This document shows positions 7,728-12,739 of a stretch of 12,739 nt of DNA, piece after piece. Origin of the DNA: Promethearchaeum sp. (lineage in GTDB: Archaea > Asgardarchaeota > Lokiarchaeia > Sigyniarchaeales > Promethearchaeaceae); contig JAUWMK010000109.1 in assembly GCA_030613185.1 (NCBI GenBank), positions 1 through 12,739 of the forward strand. The letters run 5' to 3'. A program made the position numbers and the translations under genes. The notes under the pieces were generated by a model. That model worked only from the letters and a program-made list of their open reading frames with translations, was not told where the DNA came from and searched no databases. How positions within the stretch are numbered: position 1 is the stretch's first letter; each line of letters begins with the position of its first letter.

Positions 7728-7751
7728 AAATGTTTCCATATGGAAACATTT
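7728..7751. promoter_or_regulatory. Perfect 24-bp palindrome AAATGTTTCCAT|ATGGAAACATTT in the divergent HerA-like/wH-protein intergenic region. This is a candidate operator for a dimeric DNA-binding protein.
   Basis: Every one of the 12 positions on each arm is reverse-complementary. It overlaps the ORF-track start (7730) of the downstream ORF and lies next to a TATA-like tttatatattttta (7749-7762). Confidence 0.6.
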
Positions 7752-7789
7752 ATATATTTTTACCCCATTTTTTCTTTGATTACAAAAAT

Positions 7790-9160
7790 ATGACACCCAG
7801 AGATCATGAAAAAATTAGGGAAATTCCAATAAGTTTACGAGGCATTGAATCAATTCTCCGTGTTCTTAACAATGAACTTAAGGATCCTTCTAGCATTAGA
7901 CAAATAAGTGAATTAACTGGTCTTTCAATGCGGGTAGCTAAAAATATTTTAATGCAATTAGAAAATCTTAAACAAGTAGAACGAATAGTAGAAAAAGGCC
8001 AAATTTTGCCAAAATGGGGATTAACGGGGCTAGGAAAAGCAAATGCTAAAGCAATTGAAAAAAGTTCCAATGGTTTGAATAAAAAGACGAGTCATAGATT
8101 ATTAGAACATCTAATTAACAATATACAAATACCAAAAAATGCAGATGAACAAAATAGTAAAATTGGAGCAACCCATCGAAATTTTCTAAATCTCGTGGAT
8201 AAAATTAAATTAAATTTGAGTAAATCTATGGGTATTTGTTATAACTTAGAACAACCGATATTTGCTGAGCGGTTGGGGTCAATTATTCGCAAATTAAAAT
8301 CAATTAAAACCAATTTTTCGAGTTTTCGCGTAAATCCATTATCTTTTTATGATTTACAAAAAAAAGGCACAAAAAAGAAAATTACTGCTCGAAAAAAGAA
8401 AGATTTTCTTTCAGAAATTTTGTTTATCAATCAGATTTTACTTAATCAACTTAATATTATCTCAGAATTAGAATTAGAGATAAATAAAAACCTCGAGCAA
8501 GAAAATTATAGATTATTTAATGAAATTTACAATCAAATCGCAGATCAAATAAGGATTTTGAATTATTTACTACAAAAAAGAACCAGCGTTGATGATGGCA
8601 TTCATATACTTGCAGAAGATGAATTAATTTTACTTCAGAAAAATAAAGTTGGGTTGAGTCTGCTTAAAAAATTCTTACCACCATTAATACAGGATGATAG
8701 AAAAGAAGAAATGCTAAAAGAATGCCTATTATCACTTATTTCTGATTTATTGGTTGAGAACTCAAAAAATTATAATAAACCATATAATATCCCGCTTGTT
8801 TCATTTTATGATTTAGCCAAAGATCAATGCAAGTTTACGGGTTTTTCAGTAGAAAATTTGGAGCAAGTTTTAATCCAAATAGCTGAACAAGGCTTAATTT
8901 CTGGCATAATTGAAATAAAAGATGATGAAAATCATATATTCAAAATTGTCCAATTGAAACCATATGATGTTTCAGTTGATGAGATAAAACTTATTCGATT
9001 AGCAATTCGTTTAAAATTCCTATCAATGGCGGATGTTATGGAAAATTTAGGATGGAATCAATCAAAAGTAGAAAAACATCTTCAAACTATGACAAATAAC
9101 GGATTACTCCGGCATTCTCAATCATATCTACAGGGAGATAAATGGTATATATTAATGTAA
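7790..9160 (+). CDS. Hypothetical protein with N-terminal and C-terminal winged-helix(-turn-helix) domains around a helical, coiled-coil-like middle. Putative DNA-binding/regulatory protein. The start is reassigned from 7730 to 7790.
   Basis: The N-terminal wH-like segment is IRQISELTGLSMRVAKNILMQLENLKQVERI. The C-terminal wH-like segment is IKLIRLAIRLKFLSMADVMENLGWNQSKVEKHLQTMTNNGLLRH. The first 20 codons of the ORF-track version (MFPYGNIYIFLPHFFFDYKN) are low-complexity and cover the perfect palindrome, so the ATG at 7790 (MTPRDHEK...) is preferred. No enzymatic motifs were seen. Confidence 0.55.
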   Translation: MTPRDHEKIREIPISLRGIESILRVLNNELKDPSSIRQISELTGLSMRVAKNILMQLENLKQVERIVEKGQILPKWGLTGLGKANAKAIEKSSNGLNKKTSHRLLEHLINNIQIPKNADEQNSKIGATHRNFLNLVDKIKLNLSKSMGICYNLEQPIFAERLGSIIRKLKSIKTNFSSFRVNPLSFYDLQKKGTKKKITARKKKDFLSEILFINQILLNQLNIISELELEINKNLEQENYRLFNEIYNQIADQIRILNYLLQKRTSVDDGIHILAEDELILLQKNKVGLSLLKKFLPPLIQDDRKEEMLKECLLSLISDLLVENSKNYNKPYNIPLVSFYDLAKDQCKFTGFSVENLEQVLIQIAEQGLISGIIEIKDDENHIFKIVQLKPYDVSVDEIKLIRLAIRLKFLSMADVMENLGWNQSKVEKHLQTMTNNGLLRHSQSYLQGDKWYILM

Positions 9161-9184
9161 AATAAAAAAAAAAGTGAAATTATA

Positions 9185-10081
9185 ATGTTAAGAAAGAAAA
9201 ATGGCAGTATTGGTAAAGATCGGTTTCCATCAATTATTTCATGGCCCAAGGATGATTCAAAAGATCAAGATTCTCAATTAATTTATTGTTTTCCAAAACA
9301 AAACGATAATATTAAGAAAGCAAAATTCTTCAATGTTAAAGAACCTGAACGCGCGTTATATCTAAAACACGGTGAATTAATTGCAGAACTTGGTGGCGGA
9401 ACGTATGAATTAGAGAAAAAGTCCCGCGTTAAGGGTACAGAAATTATTTGGTTTAACACTTCAATGCATCAAATTTTGTGGGGGATCCCCGAGTTAAATG
9501 GTATTCCAAGTCGAGATGGTTTTCTTTTTGGAATGTTTGGGGATCTCAAATTACATATTTATAATGTAAGTATTTTCTATAAATTCGTTCTTGGTGGAAG
9601 CAAAGAATGGACCATACAACAAATGAAAGATTGGATAATAAGCCTTTTTTATGTTGTATTGCGAGATATTTTCAAAGAATTTGATATTTCTGAAATTTTT
9701 CAGGAATCCCGAGAAATAATCATGAATAAAGTAATTTCAAAAGTTTGTGATGAAATGAATCTTTATGGCTTGGAATTGGATGCGTTTAATATCTTAGGGT
9801 TTAAAATACCAGAAAATGCAAAAGAAATACTTAATTCTAAGCAAGACCAAGCATATCAATTCAAAAAATGGCTTGAAAATGAAAAAAATAGAGATATCAA
9901 GGATCGAAAAACCATTCAAGATCGAATAATATCTTTAAAAAAACGTTTCCAGGGACTTCAAAATAATTTACTGGAAAATAAAATTACAAAGGAAGAATAT
10001 GATGATAAGAGCCAAATCATTAAAAATTTCATAGAAGAGGCAAATTCTGAACTGAAACTGGAAAAAAAGTATGAAAAATAA
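9185..10081 (+). CDS. SPFH/band-7 (stomatin/prohibitin/flotillin-like) domain protein of the COG4260 family, with a K/E-rich coiled-coil C-terminus
   Basis: The N-terminal region (IISWPKDDSKDQDSQLIYCFP...ALYLKHGELIAELGGGTYEL...WFNTSMHQILWGIPELNGIPSRDGFLFGMFGDLKLHIYNV) follows the remembered conserved pattern of COG4260 SPFH proteins (IIEW.DDS.D.LV.RFP ... G.Y.L ... FVNTR.F.DLKWGT ... G.FG.LR..G.Y). The C-terminal 90 aa is a charged heptad-like coiled coil. The ATG is 24 nt after the upstream stop. Confidence 0.7.
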   Translation: MLRKKNGSIGKDRFPSIISWPKDDSKDQDSQLIYCFPKQNDNIKKAKFFNVKEPERALYLKHGELIAELGGGTYELEKKSRVKGTEIIWFNTSMHQILWGIPELNGIPSRDGFLFGMFGDLKLHIYNVSIFYKFVLGGSKEWTIQQMKDWIISLFYVVLRDIFKEFDISEIFQESREIIMNKVISKVCDEMNLYGLELDAFNILGFKIPENAKEILNSKQDQAYQFKKWLENEKNRDIKDRKTIQDRIISLKKRFQGLQNNLLENKITKEEYDDKSQIIKNFIEEANSELKLEKKYEK

Positions 10082-10101
10082 TATTAAGGAGAAAGATCAA
10101 A

Positions 10102-12739
10102 ATGAGAAATGGAAATAAAAAAAGGAAACTTAGCCAAATTACATTAATAATATTAGGAATTTGTATAATTCTTATTTCAAGCATTGAAACCCATGCATCA
10201 TATAATAATCCTGCACAAAACCAAGAGATAAATCTTGAAATAAATGTAGCAGGATTACTTATTTCACATGAACCAATTCGAATAGATGGAAATAATGCAT
10301 TAGAAGCTTTTTGCGCTGGCAATGGAACTGATGGATTATCTTGGGAGACTGCTTTTAAAATCGAAAATTATTCAATTACTTCAGGCGAAGATTCGGGAAT
10401 TTTAATCAACAATACTGATAAATTTCTAATAATCAATAATTGCACAATCGAAAATTTTTGGAATTCTAATTATGGATATGAATATAATGGGATTGAAATT
10501 CAAAATTGTTCAAATGTGTTAATCACTATGTGTTCATTGACAAATAACAAACATGGGATCTATTTAGACTCATCAAACAACAACATTTTAACTCAAAATA
10601 ATTGTTCTTTAAATGAATATGGTTTAATCTTGGCGAATTCAGATAATAACACTCTGTTCAATAATACTGCTTTATATAATGAGCGTGATGGATTTAGAAT
10701 AATTGGAAGTATCTACAATAATATTTCAATTAATATTGCAAATTTTAATCATCGGAACGGTTTAGCTCTCGCTCGGTATTATACTAATTCCGATTATGTA
10801 TATAGTTATGAAAATTCAATTGTTAACAATTCATTTGAAGAAAATCAGAATTGTGGTATTGAAATCGAAAACTCTGATAGAAATTCAGTATTTAATAACA
10901 GTATTATAAATAATGGTGATTCTGGAATATACTTACGTAGATCTTCTCAGAACACTTTATCATCTAATTTAGTAAACAATAATAGATACGCGGGAATAGA
11001 ACTTTCCCAAGATTCTAGCTGGAATTTGATTTTAAAAAATAATATTAGTAGTAATTCCAATGGGATATTTCTCTTCAATTCTGCTTTTAATACTATCGGA
11101 GAAAATTATATAAGCAATCATACTCATGGTTATGGGATTTATATTCTGTATGATGAAGGATACCCATCAGAACAGAACATATATGGTAATATTTTTTCAA
11201 ATAATTCGAATGATATATATTATGAAGAAATAGTTCATTACTCCTATGAACCACCTTATGTGCTTTTTGTTGGAATTGCATTAGCCCTTATAGGAATTGT
11301 ATTATCAATTATATATCGAAAACAATTAGCGAATCAATGGAAGAAATTTATTGTTAAGCGCGAAATTAATAAAAGCGAAAGGAAGATCAATAGAGAGGAA
11401 AGAACTAAGGAAATTAGTTCAAAATCATCAAAAAATATTGGAAGAAATAAAGATTATATCTCTCTTAAAATTATTGGGTGGCTATTTGCAATATTCACAG
11501 AAGGAACAATTATATTAGCAATGATCCTTGATGGCGAAGCACTATATGTATTTATCAATATCCCTATTTTAATAATTTTATTTATTTTAAATCGAAAAAA
11601 GATAACAAAGCGAAGGAAAAAATTCATTTCTGATGGCGAAATAAGAAAAAGCGAACGGAAGATTGAACGAGCGAAAAAAATTCAGAATAATAAATCACAA
11701 TCATCAAAAAATATTGGAAGAAATAAAGATCAAGCAATTCCTAAAATAAGTAAGCAAGATCTTTATATATTTTTTAAAGGAATTGGATGGATATGTGTTA
11801 TTTGCACAATGATTCTTTTTTTAATTGGTGATATCTTTGATGGTAGTTATTTTTCCCTTATCGATATCCCTATCTTTCTAATGCTATTTCTTTTAAATCG
11901 AAAAAAAATAACATTGCGATGGAGAAAAATCATTTCTGAACGCGAAATAAAAAAAAGCGAACGGAAGATCGATAGAGAGGAAATAACTAAGGAAACCAGT
12001 TCAAAATCATCAAAAATTTTGGTCAAAAATATGAATCGTAAAGATTCTAAATTAATTTATAGAATTCTTAAGGTAATATTTTGGTCTATTCTGATAATAC
12101 TATTTATAGGTCTCAGCATCGGGACATATTTTCTTATAGATATTCCTGTGATCATTATTTTGATTATTTATAGAAAAAAGACTAATTATTTTTTTAATAA
12201 TTTAAGATCCAATTTATTTATTAGAAGAGGTCAAAATAGAACTAAAAAAGCCATAAATTATGCAAAATTGCATAAATATAAGAGATCCAGATTTTATTGG
12301 TTAAGTTCGGAACGAAATTATAGTCGAGCACTGAGAATAATACCGGATTTTTATAAAATTGATTTTCTTGAGAAAAAAATTATTAACATTAAGCAGAATA
12401 CAATAGCTACCTATCTATCTGAAGGCATTGTTTTAAGTAAAATTGCATGGTCAGAATTTCAAAAAAACCTCTATTCCCAATCAAAGAAACTATATTCTAA
12501 GAGTATTTCGGTGATCGAATTAGTATTAAAAAATATTGAAGTAGAGAATGTCTTCAGTGAAGAAGAAGAGTTTCCAATTACTAGTTCCTTAATTTTTGAA
12601 ATTTTACAATTCTTAAGGAAAAATGTGGTTCAAATTGAAATTGAAGAGAAAACCAGAAAAAAGTCAAGGAATAAGATGAATTCCATTGATATACAAGATA
12701 TAAATGAGAAAATTATTGATTCAATAAAAGAAATGAACG
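10102..12739 (+). CDS. Secreted/membrane-anchored right-handed parallel beta-helix (PbH1/NosD/CASH-like repeat) protein followed by a TM anchor and three tandem two-TM modules. It is 3'-truncated by the window end (at least 879 aa).
   Basis: I translated the whole frame by hand and it runs 10102 to 12739 with no stop. Strong SD AGGAG at 10087-10091. The N-terminus has a signal peptide (KKRK + ITLIILGICIILISSI + THA/S). About 350 aa of Asn-rich 22-25 residue repeats (N.T...NN.I.NN...GI.L) are typical of parallel beta-helix. Hydrophobic anchor is PPYVLFVGIALALIGIVLSIIY. Three repeated [basic loop + W-helix + IDIPI-helix + NRKKIT] modules follow. Confidence 0.8.
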   Translation, partial: MRNGNKKRKLSQITLIILGICIILISSIETHASYNNPAQNQEINLEINVAGLLISHEPIRIDGNNALEAFCAGNGTDGLSWETAFKIENYSITSGEDSGILINNTDKFLIINNCTIENFWNSNYGYEYNGIEIQNCSNVLITMCSLTNNKHGIYLDSSNNNILTQNNCSLNEYGLILANSDNNTLFNNTALYNERDGFRIIGSIYNNISINIANFNHRNGLALARYYTNSDYVYSYENSIVNNSFEENQNCGIEIENSDRNSVFNNSIINNGDSGIYLRRSSQNTLSSNLVNNNRYAGIELSQDSSWNLILKNNISSNSNGIFLFNSAFNTIGENYISNHTHGYGIYILYDEGYPSEQNIYGNIFSNNSNDIYYEEIVHYSYEPPYVLFVGIALALIGIVLSIIYRKQLANQWKKFIVKREINKSERKINREERTKEISSKSSKNIGRNKDYISLKIIGWLFAIFTEGTIILAMILDGEALYVFINIPILIILFILNRKKITKRRKKFISDGEIRKSERKIERAKKIQNNKSQSSKNIGRNKDQAIPKISKQDLYIFFKGIGWICVICTMILFLIGDIFDGSYFSLIDIPIFLMLFLLNRKKITLRWRKIISEREIKKSERKIDREEITKETSSKSSKILVKNMNRKDSKLIYRILKVIFWSILIILFIGLSIGTYFLIDIPVIIILIIYRKKTNYFFNNLRSNLFIRRGQNRTKKAINYAKLHKYKRSRFYWLSSERNYSRALRIIPDFYKIDFLEKKIINIKQNTIATYLSEGIVLSKIAWSEFQKNLYSQSKKLYSKSISVIELVLKNIEVENVFSEEEEFPITSSLIFEILQFLRKNVVQIEIEEKTRKKSRNKMNSIDIQDINEKIIDSIKEMN
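11341..12180 (+). repeat. Three tandem in-frame repeats (periods 276 nt and 306 nt). Each encodes a cytoplasmic basic motif (I[RK]KSERKI.RE.....SSK.IGRNKD) plus a two-helix TM hairpin.
   Basis: Anchor agcgaa(a/c)gg occurs at 11374, 11650 and 11956. A 30-nt identical stretch tcatcaaaaaatattggaagaaataaagat occurs at 11426-11455 and 11701-11730. aatagagaggaaagaactaaggaaattagttcaaaatcatcaaaaa (copy 1) matches gatagagaggaaataactaaggaaaccagttcaaaatcatcaaaaa (copy 3). Protein-level repeats are IIGWLFAIF... / GIGWICVIC... / VIFWSILII... and FINIPILIILFILNRKKIT / LIDIPIFLMLFLLNRKKIT / LIDIPVIIILIIYRKKT. Confidence 0.8.

Noticed and set aside
3142-7751. Shared AATGTTT/AAACATT half-sites between the 3142 hairpin and the 7728 palindrome, as a possible common regulon motif
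   Set aside because: The arm orientation is opposite in the two elements. The 7-mer also occurs several times inside coding regions (for example 1311, 4512, 5806), and at roughly 32% GC such matches are expected by chance.
7730-7789. ORF-track start codon at 7730 for the 476-aa protein
   Set aside because: The first 20 codons are low-complexity, are translated from the perfect palindrome and the TATA-like sequence, and have no SD. The ATG at 7790 (MTPRDHEK...) is the more plausible start.
5849-10081. Interpretation of the region as a provirus or integrated element, on the grounds of a HerA/FtsK-like packaging-type ATPase plus a 'virion core-like' SPFH annotation
   Set aside because: No integrase, capsid, terminase-type or other viral hallmark genes are present. 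No flanking direct repeats or tRNA were seen. Base composition is uniform across the window. The 'virion core' label for COG4260 is a historical naming artefact. The ATPase has the HAS-barrel of cellular HerA rather than the compact A32-like packaging ATPase.
1-12739. CRISPR arrays, tRNA/rRNA genes, IS elements
   Set aside because: No regularly spaced direct repeats are present. Intergenic regions are short and AT-rich with no GC-rich cloverleaf-capable segments. No transposase- or integrase-like ORFs occur in any frame.

Overview
This is a low-GC (about 32% by eye) archaeal chromosomal segment. The left 5.5 kb is a co-directional plus-strand run of housekeeping genes: the 3' part of aIF-5A, NAD kinase, a Nob1-like PIN plus Zn-ribbon nuclease, the FEN-1 flap endonuclease with a C-terminal PIP box, and a two-ring Cdc48/VCP AAA+ ATPase that ends in an HbYX-like LYA tail. 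The right 7 kb is more accessory-looking. It holds a small winged-helix ORF that overlaps convergently with a minus-strand HerA-like (FtsK/HerA superfamily, HAS-barrel) ATPase with no NurA/Mre11/Rad50 partner in the window. After a divergent intergenic region carrying a perfect 24-bp palindrome, there is a tightly spaced plus-strand three-gene cluster. That cluster encodes a 457-476 aa protein with winged-helix domains at both ends, a COG4260-type SPFH/band-7 protein with a K/E-rich coiled-coil tail, and a signal-peptide-bearing protein that is at least 879 aa long and runs off the window end. This last protein has a roughly 350-aa Asn-rich parallel beta-helix ectodomain, a membrane anchor, and three tandem two-transmembrane modules (92 and 102 codon periods, with 30-nt identical DNA stretches). 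I propose the HerA-like ATPase, palindrome, wH protein, SPFH protein and beta-helix multi-TM protein as a candidate undescribed membrane-associated module. All family assignments rest on motifs read by eye. No tRNA, rRNA, CRISPR, transposase or integrase was seen.
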